A DNA stretch of 64,000 nt, from the NCBI GenBank assembly GCA_010909165.1, contig VJWM01000025.1:1426001-1490000 (forward strand). The letters are read 5' to 3'. Position numbers and translations under genes: made by a program. The DNA is from Anthoceros angustus (lineage: Eukaryota; Plantae; Anthocerotophyta). The notes below the pieces were generated by a model, which was not told the origin of the DNA, did not search any database, and saw only the letters and a list, made by a program, of their open reading frames with translations. Shown here in pieces: positions 32,059 through 45,409 of the stretch. Position 1 is the stretch's first letter, and every line of letters starts with the position of its first letter.

Positions 32059-33563
32059 ACCATGTGTATCGTCATGCCACTCTGCTGAACGCAAACAGCT
32101 TGAAGATAGGCAGTGTAGGCGAAGAAGAATACGTACTTCGTGTACATACTGTAGCACAGCATTACGGTGCTGAATACACATAAAGCAATCAGTCCGTTGA
32201 AAATTAAACGACTTCCAAATTGAAAAACCCGCGGCGGGGATCAAACATCAAACGTGCGGACAGCGGCAGGCAGGCCCGGTCAGGTTCCGACCGACAATGG
32301 TCGTTACCTGCCGGGAAGACAACCGCGAGCCTCGACCTCGCGGTCCCGGTCGCACCCAGCCTTGCCCGCCTCCGGCATTCTTTCCACTTGGCTGGTTTTT
32401 TTGGAGAAGCGGATGTGCAAATCTTCCCAGTTCCGTTGCCTTGCATCAGTTGCATGCGCGATTTCCCGCTTGCTGAATTGCGCAAAGAGGTCGTTGCAGG
32501 CCTGCCACAAATTCGGTTGCATCCTTGCCGTGTGAGACGTTGTTTGCATCGAATTATCGAGACGCAGTCTGGGATTGATGTGCAATGCATGTATCTCGAT
32601 AAAACGTCTGGATGACCTCGGGCAGCGGATTAGGTTCCGAGGAGGCGGAGCATCCCTTCCCCTTCAAATTCTCAGGGACTGGTATATATTGCTGGACGAG
32701 TGACGGAACGTCTTGTTGCCGGCCTGAATCTGTGGACGACAGCCTCTGTGAATGGGAGGATTGAAGTGAGATAACTTTCCTGCTGGAATTGGTTTGGAAA
32801 CATCGGGGGCGAAGCGAGTGAATCTGTGAGTGCGTTTTGTGTGCGGTTGCAAGCGTTATTTGTTGTTAGGAGTGGCTTGCTCTAGATGTGATCTGGAGCG
32901 ATTGAAACTCTTGCGTCTGTCACAGGAATCACGAAGCAGCGGGAAATGAAACCTGGCTAGAATGATGTGTTTGGGAAGGCGGTCCAGTGCGTAGCAACCT
33001 TGCAGTTAGCGCAGGACAAGGCCGCGCCTGCAGTGCTGACTACTGAAAGCTAATGGTAGGTCAACCTTGATACCTGCAGGTACTGTACTGAAGGCTGAGA
33101 GTCGCCATGAGAGAATGTCATGCCAACAGTCACTCCCGGCCCTGACATCTCACGACAGTTGTGATCTGGTCTGTACCTTTGAATTGTTCTCCCTTCATAC
33201 CCGGACCAACGGTGGATACTGGCAGGTGGCGGCGACTTGTGTTCTGTCGAGTCACACGGTCGCTTGAGAATCGCCTCCGATCTGGCAAGCTCCTCAGACC
33301 GGAAGGTAAGCTCTGGCAGTGGCCAGCGTCTGTTGGCTGGTCATCTGGCAAGAAATCCCCGACTAGAAACTGCCTGTAACTGTTTGTGCACTGTCATCGA
33401 CAAAGTTGCACAAGTGATCTGAAGTCCGAGCTCAGCGAGATGAAATTAGTTTAAGATGCTTTAGAATTTTGAGCTGAGAGGGGTGGGGCTGAGGCGCCTC
33501 CTTAAAGCCTTTCATATAATCTCACGCAGTTGAAATTTTGCAGCTGTACGATCACAGTTGACG

Positions 33564-36561
33564 ATGGTGGCACCTGGTGGGCGCGTAAGGAAAGACGAGG
33601 AGACGTTGGATGCCTTGCCTGGCAATCGCAATATTATGGATCCATCACAATTGCAAGAACGCAATAGTTTCAGGGACTTGCCACGGTCGATGCAGAACTG
33701 CGGGCTTTCAAATGGTCACTCTACGTGGACGGTGGACGTGGAACAGAATGCAATGAAAGCATATCACCCCCCCACGCGCAAGGCTGCAGCGCGGGCATCA
33801 GGACCTCCACCAGCACCCATCACCTTGAAGGTTGGTTGAAATTCAATCGCCTCGTCACCAAGTTCGCCTATTTTGTCAACACGTTGTTGGGAGTTGGTTT
33901 GTGTGCTGTCTAAAACTGTTTCTAAGCTCTGAATCTTTCACGGTCCATTGTTTCCCAGCTCCTGAGATGTTAAATCATTCTGCAGGTTTCCACTTGCATG
34001 GTTATTATGGCTTTGAAATTGCATGTTGAGTACTAGCATGGCCTTTATCACTGTTAACAACTCCCAGAACATCCCTCAGGCAACAGTACCAGTAGAGTAT
34101 GGTTTTAAGTAGCAGTGGATACCGATTCGTGCGTTTGAGTTCTGAACAATAGAGAGGACGATATTTTTCAAATTTCTGGAACAGACTAGTAATCTTCGTG
34201 AAGGATGCAATGCAAAGCACGGCACTGAAATAGGTGGCTTGAAGCTGTTTGTCGCATGTTGTTTTTAAGGAAGTAGGAGAAATGTTTTCACCTGTACGAA
34301 ATCCGCTTAGTTCCTCGCCAAGAGAGAGTGAGCAGGAAATCTGAAACCTGTTTCGTTTGATTGTGCAGTTTGAAGATGTCGCTTACAATGTGACCCTGAA
34401 ATCGAAGGGGCAATGGTGGAACCCAGCAAACATGGTCAGTTATGTGCAGCAAAGAGGAACGGAGAAGGAAATACTGAAAGGCATCACAGGGACTGTAAAA
34501 CCTGGAGAGATGCTAGCGATGCTGGGGCCTTCAGGTAGCGGGAAGACTAGTTTGTTGAGCATTTTGGGAGGTCGTGTAGCAAGTGGGAAGCTCTCAGGCA
34601 CTATTCTGTACAATGATTTGCCATACAACAAAGCTATCCAAAGACGAACAGGCTTTGTCACTCAGGATGATATTCTACATGTACATCTTACTGTTAAGGA
34701 GACCCTGGTGTACGCGGCATTATTGAGGTTGCCGAGTGATAGATATAACAGAAACGAGAAAATCGGAAGGGCAGAGGAGATCATTGTTGAGCTTGGATTG
34801 GAGAAGTGTCAGGATGTCAGGATTGGAGATACGTTCGTACGAGGAATATCTGGAGGTGAGAGGAAAAGGGTCAGCATTGGTTTCGAGCTCATCGTGGATC
34901 CCAGTTTGTTGTTGCTAGACGAGCCCACATCTGGCCTGGACTCCACAACAGCATCTCGGATAATAACCACACTGCAAAAGTTGGCAAATGCGGGGCGGAC
35001 TGTGGTCACAACTATACATCAACCATCTAGCAGAGTATATCACATGTTCAACAAGATTATTTTACTGTCTGGAGGGCGTGCACTGTATTATGGTCAGGCA
35101 AGCGAAGTAATCCACTACTTCGCTCCCCTCGGCTTTCCTCCAGTTTTGGCAACGAACCCGGCAGACTACATTCTAGATCTTGCAAATGGTAACTGTTGTG
35201 ACACCTTTGGTTCCTTCGCTAAATATTGGCACGCTGGTCTTGCTCAAAATTGCTTTTGGGTGTGTTGGGGCCTGTTTCCTGTAACAAACTTTTGTGGGCC
35301 ATTCTGAGTTGTGGTGTTTTCACTTTGTATTTCCAGGTGTAACGCATGATATGCAGCCTGGTGGTGACGAAGGGCTACCAATTGACGAAGCTGAAGAGCT
35401 AAGAAAACAGCAGACCAAGGTGCAGGCTGCCGTTGTTGATCGTTTGTCTGATGCATATCAGCGGCTTTTGAAAACAAAGGCGAAAGAAGAAGTGGAGAGT
35501 CATAAATCTACGGAGCAGGAGATAAAAGGTGTGGCATCGATCGTCTCAGACCTGCTTGACATGACTTACCCATTATTGAAAGCGGTTACATGCTTTAAAC
35601 CTTTATTCAACGTTTCTCTCCTGTCTCTCACCAGCTTTAAAGGAGAAGGTGGACTGGCCAACATCGTGGGTGGAACAGTTCAGTGTTTTGCTGGTGAGGG
35701 GACTGAAAGAGAGAAGGCATGAAGCTTTTGGAGTGTTAAGAGTGACACAGGTTTTGGCGGTTTCATTCATTTGTGGACTACTCTGGTTTCAGTCGACCAC
35801 GGCACATATTCAAGATCAGGTCAGTTATGACCGTTCACAATGAATTCGGGCAATCCTTCGTTTGCTCCTTATTGCCTAGACTTCTCATTTGTGACTTGTT
35901 CTTCGGACAGCTTGGGTTGCTGTTCTTCTTCTCAACGTTCTGGGGGTTCTTTCCCCTGTTCTCCGCTATTTTCACCTTCCCTCAAGAACGGAAGATGTTG
36001 ATAAAGGAGCGCACCTCAGGAATGTACCGGTTGTCGTCATATTTTTTCGCAAGGACAATCGGAGATTTGCCACTGGAATTCGTTCTGCCCATCCTATTTA
36101 TTATCATCGTCTACTGGATGGGCGGTCTGAAACCAGCTGCCGACACCTTTTTCCTGAGTATGCTGGTTCTTCTATTCAACGTGCTGGTCTCACAGGGACT
36201 CGGTTTATTCCTTGGAGCTGCAGTGATGGAAACCAAGCAGGCAACGACATTGGCATCTGTTATCATGCTTCTTTTTCTGCTTGCTGGGGGCTTTTACGTG
36301 CAGAGAACGCCACCCTTCATTGCATGGGTCAAGTATCTCTCGTTCAGCTACTACTGCTTCAAAATACAGCTATCACTCCAGTACGACAAAGACCAGACAT
36401 ACCCGTGTGCCAGCGGAGTATGTCGAATTGAAGATTTCCAGGAAGTTAAGAATGTGGGTCTCGGACATATTGGCACAAGCCTCCTGGCACTTACACTTAT
36501 GATGGTCGGGTACAGGTTCCTGTGCTACTTGGCATTGCGAAGGCTGAAGGGCTTCAAATAA
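33564..36561 (+). CDS. Half-size ABCG transporter (ABCG9/14/21-like)
   Basis: GPSGSGKTS, ISGGERKRV, LLLDEPTSGLDS, TIHQPSS; TMD with ERKMLIKERTSGMYRLSSYF and LAGGFYV. Confidence 0.97.
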
Positions 36562-36968
36562 GCGTCTGAACGCATACATTTGGTGACATTGTTCAGGCGA
36601 ACAGACGCCAACATGGAGGACTTCATACAGCTGTTCGTTTCTGTACCGATTCCGGTACTGTCGATCACCACATGGAAACAGACGTCGCCAAAATGATGGA
36701 TGCTGTGTACATCTGCGAGCATCATTTCGCACTTCTCAATGCAAGAAATGTCCCTCATCTGTGTGACAAAGTCGTGCACATCCGAAGATTCCTGGTGACA
36801 AGTAGGCTACCTTTTTGCCAACTGAAGTGTTAAGTAGAGAAGTAGTACCAAAACGTTGGCATGGACTAGCCCGCGTACTTCATCACAGACTTCAGCCCGG
36901 TTTACCCAGTCTGGGGCAAATTGGGGTGGGCGAGGAGTGTGTTTGTTGAGTTATTAGCAAGCTCGCAA

Positions 36969-39900
36969 TTACTGATGACCGTCACATGAACACCAGCCAT
37001 CGACAAAGTGATGGACACGGTGTGCATCTCTAACTATGATCTCGCGCTTCTCAACGCGCGACATGATTTTTGTCCCACTGTGACAGTCATTGCACATGCG
37101 AAGGTTCTTAGTGACTAGCAAGGTCGTGCCATCCGGAGTGTTGAGCAGACCATAAGCCAATGCTAGTTTTTCAGCATGACCACATAACGCATCTTCCTTC
37201 TCTTTCTCAGAGACTGGCTTCAGCACTAATTCTGTATGTGGCACATGGCCCCCTTCTTCCTTCAATTGCAAATTTGAGCTCCTCAGCTTAGAGGAGATGT
37301 CATCCCTTTCCTCCCCCACAATAAAATCCTGGACCTTCCTATCCACCTCAATCCACGCCCTGGCAGGCTTCTTCCAAGCACCTGCAGACCTCCTTAAGCT
37401 TTCAATCCTCTCTACATCGGTCCACCTTCCAGCGTTGGCATACAAATTCGCCAGTAGAACGTAGGCACCAGCATTTTGGGGTTCAAGTCCGGTGAGATGG
37501 TCGAAACATCGCTGGGCACGGTCTATGTCGTTGTGGCTTGCACAGGCAGTGAGCAAGGATGTCCACCCGACAACATCCTTCTCAAAAGGCATACTTAGCA
37601 GGATATTCTCTGCCTCATCCATGCGACCTGCCCGTCCAAGAACGTCGACCATAGATGTATAGTGCAAGACCCCAGGAGCAATGCCATGGTCTTCCACCAT
37701 GCTTTTGAAATACTGTTGAGCCTGTGGTACCAGTGCCTGGTGACTGCATGCCACGAGAAGACATAGGAAAGTAGCATCATTGGGCTCGACCCCTTCCTGT
37801 CGCATCTCCTGAAAACACTGCATTGCCATTTGACTGTCATTGTGTTGGCTGTAGCCATAGAGGAGAGAATTCCATGTCACCACATCTCGCGCGGGCAGCC
37901 TGTCAAACACTCTGCGGGCATCGTCCAAGTTGCCGCATTTGGCGTACATGTCTACCAGGCTGCTTCCAACAGCCACCTCAGTTTCAAGTCTCTGTTTCTC
38001 AATTTCGGAATGAAGTTCCTTACCGTGACCTAAAGCTCCAATGCTGGCACACGCTTTTAAGAGGCACACAAAAGTGACTTGATCAGGAGTAATGCCCTCC
38101 TGTTGCATTAGTTCATAAAGATTAAGCGCCTCTTGGCCAAGTCCATGCTGAGCATATCCTGTAATCATGGCATTCCATGTCACCACATCTTTCGTGGGCA
38201 ACCTGTCAAACACTCGTTGAGCATCCACTAGACTGCTGCACTTAGCATACATGTCCACCAAGCCATTGCCAACCAATAAATTTGCTTCTAGTCCTCTATC
38301 CTGTATCTGTGAATGAAGGTTCTTGCCCTCATGTAGAGCTCCTATACTCGCACACGCTTTGAGGAGGCATGCAAATGTAACATGACTGGCTAGGGCCACA
38401 CCCTCCTGATGCATATTTGCATACAGAGAAAGCGCTTCTTCACTGAGCCCGTGTTGGCAGTATCCTGTAATCATAGCATTCCATGTCACCACATCCCGTT
38501 TTGGCAACCTGTCAAACACATATCGAGCATCCGCCAAGCTTCTACACTTTGCATACATGTCCACCAAGCTGGTACCTAAAACTACATTTTGTTCAAGACC
38601 CTCCTTTCGAATTTGTGCATGGAGCTCCTTGCCCTGACGCAAACATCCAATGCTGGAACATGCTTTCAAAAGACACACCAGTGTAGATTGAGTTGCCTCC
38701 ATTAGGCCGTGCTCTTGCATACACGCATACAGAGTCAGGGCTTCCTGATCAAGGCCGCACTGGACGTAGCCTGCAATCATGGCCCCCCACATCTGTACAT
38801 CTTTGTTTCCTAGCTTATCAAACACACTGCGAGCATCTTCAATGCTGCCACAGTTTGCATACATATCCATCAGACCACTGCTAATAATAGGATCAGCCTC
38901 AAGACCTCTTTCCTTAATCTGAAGATGGAGTTCCTTGCCCTCATTTAACAATCCAGTGCTGGCACATGCTTTCAAAACGCATGCATACGTGATATGATTT
39001 ACTGCAACAGTGGCATCATTTTGCAGACTTTTAAACAAAGACAGGGCCTCTACTCCGCACCCATACTGAGAGTATCCACTGATCAGAGCATTCCATGTCG
39101 CCACGTGCTTTGTAGGCAACTTGTCAAACACCATGTGAGCATCCTCCATGCTTCCACATTTTGCATACATGTCGATCAGGCTATTCCCCAAAATTTCATC
39201 TGTCTCAAGCCCATTATCCTGAATTTCACAGTGAAGCTTCTTGCCCTCACCTAAAGCTCGGATACTGGCACATGCATTGAGGAGGCAAGCATATGTCACC
39301 TGATTGGCTGGAAGCATTGCCTCCTGCTGCATTGAAGTATAGAGAGAGAGAGCCTCCTGACCGAGCCCCTGCTGGGCATAGCCAGCAATCATGGTAGTCC
39401 AAGTTACCACATCATTTGAGGGCAACCTGTCGAATATGCCACGAGCAGCCTCCAGACGACCGCATTTTGAATACATGTCGACAAGGCTACGGCCTATAAC
39501 TACATCACCATCGAGGCCTCTTTCCTGGATTTCCAAATGGAGCTGCTCGCCTTGGTGTAAGGCTCCACTAGTGCCACACGCTTTCAGGAGGGACACAAAT
39601 GTATAGTCATTTGGCGTGGTGACACCTTCCTCTTTCATACTTGAATAAAGAGTCAGTGCTTCTTGAGCAGGACCACAGCAGGCATATCCCCCAATCATTG
39701 CAGTCCACGTTACAACATCTTTAGATGGCAAGTTGTCAAACACATGGCGGGCATCTTTAATACTGCCACATTTCACATACATGTCTACCAGACTGCTTCC
39801 AATTACAACTTCAGCTTCAAGTCCATGTTTCACTATTTGAGAGTGAAGCTCCTTGCCTTCACGCAAAGCTCCGGTGCTGGCACATGCTTTTAGGAGGGAT

Positions 39901-41029
39901 GCATATGTAACATGATTCGCTGGAGTCATGCCATCCTTCTGCATGCTTGCATATAAAGAGAGGGCTTCCTGACAGTGCCCATGCTGAGCATATCCTGCAA
40001 TCATAGAAGTCCATGTGACCACACTTTTGGTCTCTAAACTCTCAAACACTTGGCGTGCATCCCCCAAGCTCCCACATTTTGCGTACATGTCCACCAGAGA
40101 ATTTCCCACAAACGTGTCAGGCTCAATCCTACTCCCTAGCACATCAGCATGGACCTGCTTCCCAGATTCCAAATCTGCTGTACATGCACAAGCCTTGAGG
40201 GCCGTAACAAATACATGATTGTTAGGCTTCACAGAGGACCGTCGCATCTCTTGATATAGTCGTGTTGCCTTCACTGGCTGTCCATGATCAACATGTGCAG
40301 AAATAACGTAGAACCAGGAGAAGGCGTTAGGTGTGGCCAGTTTGGCGAACACCTGCATAGCGTCCTGCAACCTGCCATTGGAAGCATACAGTCGGATGAA
40401 GTGGTTGGCCAAGAACGTTGTACACTCGTACCCACTGTCGAGAGAGAGAGCATGAACCCGTCTGCCAACAATAAGATTCTTCTCCAGGATGCAGCCTTTG
40501 AGCAAACGGTAAAAGGCTGCATCAGGCACATAAGACCCTTGCCCCACCAGGACATGTAAGGCCTCAACAGCCTCATTGAGCTGCCCCTCTTCGCGTGGCT
40601 TGCCCCAATTCCCAACTTCTGACGGACTTGCCACTCTGTACAGGCAGGCGAGTGTCACCACACATTTCTGCACGTTCAGATAGAGCTCGAGGCACAGAGG
40701 AAAGGGGTCTACCTCCCAGACTGCTCATGTCGGCCCGTTGGATAGAAAACAGGAGCATTTGATGCTATAGCAACGCCGACAGTTTGTGCTGTTAGAAGCT
40801 TGCCCTGGACCCAGGCGAGCTGGGAGTCAATCCACAATGCCTCCTTCCCGACTTTGTGCGCTGAATCACCACTCGTGGAATTGAACTCCAGTGTTGTACA
40901 TGGTTCCGCTTCAGCTCGCAAGGACGAAAGGTGTCTCCACCATTTCTCCCCAGCCCTCAGGTGTTTGGATGTGTTTTGAACCAGACTCCCGACAACCAAA
41001 TGGCCCCCAATTTTACCTCCTTTCCTCAT
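36969..41029 (-). CDS. PLS-PPR with full DYW:KP-type domain (candidate U-to-C organellar editing enzyme)
   Basis: About 29 PLS motifs, E1/E2, KKPARAWIEV, HAEKLA, RMCNDCH, C-terminus CSCDGHQ*. The long ORF has no early ATG. A predicted 77-nt GT-AG intron (40712-40636) joins the ATG-41029 ORF in frame. Confidence 0.95.
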
Positions 41030-41625
41030 CAGGCGGGCGTTGCCGTCTCACCAACATGCCGCTAACCTAAACAATCGACGGGCAAAGAGCTTGTGGAACT
41101 GTGTTCATCGTGTATGTCCCCCCTGTATGTTTTATCTCATGCTGCGAGAGCGGTCTTCCAAATCGAAACCGTAGGACACAGCGCTGTAACAGAGCTCGAC
41201 CAGACCTGGAAATGATACGACTACCAAGATTTCATTCGTCTCTGCATGAGCCGCAAATCTTCCAACACAGTGGAAGTGTGTTCCGATGCCCCAGCAACCG
41301 CACACCATCAAATTCTGATGCTGAGAGTTATATGTCGCACCGGTTTAAGGTCTGTGGTACCTATTCTACACTCCTACTACACGCTGGATGGAATATTGTC
41401 AAACTCTAAGCGCCCAAATGTGTACGTTCACGTACAAAATTGGACCTAGCTTAGAACGAACGGTGCCTTCCAAGGCTAAAAGACCTAGTTAGTAGCACGC
41501 TAAGTAGGTATATAGCACCTTCAATGAATTGATGTAGAATACAAAGCTTCACTCTTGGGTGACTGCATAAGCCGGATGGAGCAGTGATACTGTACTGCAG
41601 AGTGGCTGAGGTTCCGTCTTGGATG

Positions 41626-44595
41626 TCAGGGTTCCTCCGGGGAACCCCACAGGCAACGTCTCAGCGAGACCGACAAGTAGTCCATTGCTCCCTGGGGATG
41701 CTGAAATACGAAGCAAGCTCCCACGCACACGGCCAGAACTCCCACCATGGTCATGATGCTACGGGCCCCAATTCTCACATGCTGGTTCGCAAAAGTCGAA
41801 TTCCTGTAGCTATACCTTCTTGTCCGTCTGGATGCCCAAAAGTGCTCCATATCCAGGTCCGAAGCTGCTTTGCTGGAGAGGAATGGCTCCTTCAGGTTTT
41901 CGATATCCACAACACGGTGCCCTGTGTAATTTACGGGAACAACTAAAGCCCCATTCCCGACAGAAGAGGTGGATGCAGCTTTTGCTTCATCACCCTGCCC
42001 AAGAGGTGCACCTCTGTTCCCGATATCTAAGGGCTCGCTTTGCTGAGCGATACCGGAATCAGCAAGCCAACTTCGCAGAATACATTCCCGGACTTTGCTG
42101 ATAGTTGGGTTTTCCAACGCATGAGCACCATCCAGCTGAGCAGGGATGCTGACACCAAAAGACGCTGCAGAAGACAGTATCCGCCCTGCAACCGAAGGGC
42201 AGCCTCCAACCAAAGCGAACCTGAGAAGTCGTCGTAGCCTTATTGCATGCCACTGTCTACCTACAAAGGTGTCAAGTCTGTCCGGGGTGCTGTACCGATC
42301 TGGGTAGCTCAACACCCACCCCAAGTCAAGCAGTAGCGTATGGACCATCCTCCACAGATGGGCAGAATTGGACGCGGAATGCAGCCCAAGCCTGCTCATC
42401 AGTGTCTGCAGCTCAGCGCACACCTCGGCATCGGCGACAAGCAACGGGACATGATTGCTTGTACCATGGTTGTTTTCAAACTCAACATAAACCACCCCAC
42501 ACCTACCCGAGTTCACAGCAGGAATCCTTAGCTCATAAGATGATGTGTCCCCATCCGCTCTATGCATCCCCTGCCCATTTTGACTCCTATCAACAGCAAG
42601 ATATTTTCCCCCGAAAGAGAGAAATGGCCTCACTTCTCCACTACGAAGATTTTTGCCGTGCACTTGCACATTTGTAGACGAGCCAGCCTCCATACACAAT
42701 GGCCACACAAAGTCCAGCTTTGCTAGTTTTTCTCTCAACCCATTGTTGCGTATATCAGTGACATGCCCTTTCAAAACTTCACAAACCTGTTCCCCCAAGC
42801 AGGCAATAAAGTGGCCTGAATCCCAAAAACCCCCCCCTGATCCCTGGACAAGCTTGGCCACATAAGCAGCCCAGTTTGACTCGAGATCATCCCACATCTG
42901 CTGCTCCATGGACAGGAAGAGAGTTAGAATGGTGCAGCCAGATCGAATATATCCCTCTAGTTCCACTGGCATGTTCCCTATCCACTCCAGAATCTGTTGC
43001 CGCAACCTGCGGGGAAAGTCACCAGGATTCCAGTCATAAAGTTTGAAGGATATGCGTCCGGATGGGAAAGGGGAGGAGTAGGTGGGGGCTTTTCTATTCA
43101 GAGCTCTATATGAGGAAGGGTGCTGTTGAAAGAGGATGTCCGCATCGTGTGCGCCAGGGACCTTTGGGTTGGGAAAGAAGTTGTCCCCATGGAGATCGTC
43201 TTCAAGAAGAAAAGACAGCAGCGACTCTTCCTCGAGTCCCGATTTCCCGGGATTGAAGCCAAACTGCTGGCCCGACACTTCCCCAGAGGATGCACCCCAG
43301 TTTCTCGCATTCACTTCACCTGCCATATCATCATAAGGAGGCAGTGCTGTGGCCGCCAAGACCGGGTCCCCAAACACAGAGTTGGGGAAAACATTGGCAG
43401 CATCAACACTAACCCTCCCAGTTTCACTCGAGTGCAACCCTGCTCCCGACGTAGCCGGCTGCAGCTGCGCATCCAGAGTTGGTAATTGCAGACCTAGGGT
43501 ACCCGTGGACTGCGACAGCCCACACATAACCGAGCTCTGAAGAGAGTCCATGCAAGAAGAAACCGTAGTGGTACCACAACATCTGCCAACAGCCGCATCC
43601 ATGGACGACGAGCTGAGAGTGGACGCCAGCTTAAACGCAGGTTCCGAATCCAAAACCCCCGATACCGGTGCCTGCTCCATGGACGCAGAATTCTCCGTCG
43701 CAGGTGACGGGCTAGACTTGTCCTCACCTCCGACCTGACCATCAGGAACCTGGTGCACAGCTCCCTCCCCCGTCCCGGTCTCCCCCGACTCCATCATCTT
43801 CCTCCTCCTCCTCGTGTTATGCCTCTCAAGCTTCCGCCTGCAGCTCCTCTTCTCATCATCAAAATCCGTAAGCTTGTGAAACTTGCCACACTGCTGACAG
43901 TACCGATGAGCCTCCCCTTTGAGCTTCACCGTGATAGCATTAGCGCAGCGAAGACACACCCGGTGCCGCTGATGGTACCCCTTGAGCCTCCCGAGGTCCT
44001 CCCTGCATGCCTCCACCTGACACTTAGCCGTGGCCCTAGTCCGCTTCCGGCTCACCACATCCTCCTCCTCGTCATTGTCCGTGCACCCGCACGGCGTCCT
44101 CACCCCCGCCGCGTTGGGACACGCATCCTGCTTGCCCCCCGACATGCTGGACAACTGCTCTGTGACATCCGGAGACTGGCTCTCCTCCGCCTCCACACTG
44201 CCGCGACTCGGGACCGCAACCTCCAGCCCCGCCTTGCTCTTCCCTCCTGCTGCACCACCCCAACCCTCCCGCACATGAGCGCACACACATGCACATACAT
44301 CGAAGACATGCAGATTCCACATCCTCCAACACTTACCCCGTCCTGGTCCCCGCGCCCGCTTGCCAGCCGCCACGGCGCCATTCCTGTTCCGATTCCCGCT
44401 CCCGCTGCCATCTCCATCTCCAGCTCCGCCCTCGCTCTCCACATCCACATCCGCATCCACAACCACGACCGCATCGGGGCGCGAGTTGGCCACCAGCTGC
44501 ACGCTGTCCCAGTCCCAGAGCTCCCCTAGACTGGTGCCGTCGTCGATGATGCCACCGGCTTCCCGGTGGCAATCGGCCATGGAATTCATAAACAT
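41626..44595 (-). CDS. SPL7: SBP-box transcription factor, SPL7/CRR1 type; single exon
   Basis: CQVEAC...YHQRHRVCLRCANA...YCQQCGKFH...SCRRKLERHNTRRRRK (C4 first finger), ISFKLYDWNPGDFPRRLRQQI, IRSGC, C-terminal hydrophobic segment. First in-frame ATG is 44595. Confidence 0.93.
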   Translation of the reverse strand: MFMNSMADCHREAGGIIDDGTSLGELWDWDSVQLVANSRPDAVVVVDADVDVESEGGAGDGDGSGSGNRNRNGAVAAGKRARGPGRGKCWRMWNLHVFDVCACVCAHVREGWGGAAGGKSKAGLEVAVPSRGSVEAEESQSPDVTEQLSSMSGGKQDACPNAAGVRTPCGCTDNDEEEDVVSRKRTRATAKCQVEACREDLGRLKGYHQRHRVCLRCANAITVKLKGEAHRYCQQCGKFHKLTDFDDEKRSCRRKLERHNTRRRRKMMESGETGTGEGAVHQVPDGQVGGEDKSSPSPATENSASMEQAPVSGVLDSEPAFKLASTLSSSSMDAAVGRCCGTTTVSSCMDSLQSSVMCGLSQSTGTLGLQLPTLDAQLQPATSGAGLHSSETGRVSVDAANVFPNSVFGDPVLAATALPPYDDMAGEVNARNWGASSGEVSGQQFGFNPGKSGLEEESLLSFLLEDDLHGDNFFPNPKVPGAHDADILFQQHPSSYRALNRKAPTYSSPFPSGRISFKLYDWNPGDFPRRLRQQILEWIGNMPVELEGYIRSGCTILTLFLSMEQQMWDDLESNWAAYVAKLVQGSGGGFWDSGHFIACLGEQVCEVLKGHVTDIRNNGLREKLAKLDFVWPLCMEAGSSTNVQVHGKNLRSGEVRPFLSFGGKYLAVDRSQNGQGMHRADGDTSSYELRIPAVNSGRCGVVYVEFENNHGTSNHVPLLVADAEVCAELQTLMSRLGLHSASNSAHLWRMVHTLLLDLGWVLSYPDRYSTPDRLDTFVGRQWHAIRLRRLLRFALVGGCPSVAGRILSSAASFGVSIPAQLDGAHALENPTISKVRECILRSWLADSGIAQQSEPLDIGNRGAPLGQGDEAKAASTSSVGNGALVVPVNYTGHRVVDIENLKEPFLSSKAASDLDMEHFWASRRTRRYSYRNSTFANQHVRIGARSIMTMVGVLAVCVGACFVFQHPQGAMDYLSVSLRRCLWGSPEEP

Positions 44596-45200
44596 CTTGC
44601 CGGCCTGTTGCAGCTCCCGCTCCCGCTCCTGCTCTTGCTCTTGCTGTTGCACACAATGCCGGGAAGGAGAGGGCCTGGTGCGAGCGGGCTCAGCCGAGCT
44701 CCATGGCAGGCGGCGACGGCAGCATGGCCGGCTCACGCCGAGAAGATGCGGCTGCCATCACCTCAGGCCCTGGGGAGCTTGGGGCAGCTGGGCCTGGGGC
44801 TGGAGGCTGGAGGCTGGCACACCAACCAGGGCTTCCAGAAGCAGGAGAGCCGGGACGTGGGATTGGCGTCCAGGGAGTGCGTCCGGAAGGGCGAGGACGC
44901 AGCGAGAGGGCAAGGCAGAAACAGGACATGCCAGAAATCAAGTAATTTCACTGCTCGCCGTAGTTTCATACGGCCTTCCAGCTTCCAGCTTGGACGACGT
45001 CCCGATCGCCGATCGCCGATCGCACAGGCTACCCGAGACGTCTCCTTCGTCATCATATGTAACTTTGTCAGCACTTGTGCGCTCCTATAGCAAAGCTCCG
45101 ATGTTGTGACGCCAAGGCTATAATAATACCGAGCCGCTTCAAAAAGATCACATATTCACCGTGCTCCGCGATACCAACATACAAACGGGGTCACCATCTA

Positions 45201-45255
45201 CATAGCTAACTACTAGGTATATAGCTAACTACTAGCTACATAGCTAACTACTACC
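45201..45255. repeat. Short tandem repeat, three copies of atagctaactacta
   Basis: Seen directly, period about 19 nt. Confidence 0.8.
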
Positions 45256-45409
45256 ATCTACTATATATTAAATAAATTAAAAATAAGACAACTTAGAGAC
45301 TTTATAAATATGCAGAAATGAGAGGTCTCATCCACACCGGGGTGAAGGGAACAACCCTCTCAGGCCAAGTGGACACACATTTATAAGAACTTCATGATTA
45401 AGCATCCAG

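Noticed and set aside
32200-33420. Several 60-130 aa ORFs upstream of ABCG
   Set aside because: No domains or consistent splice pattern; probably promoter or UTR.
43753-45109. Plus-strand ORFs of 258, 249 and 174 aa
   Set aside because: Antisense to the GC-rich, low-complexity 5' part of SPL7.
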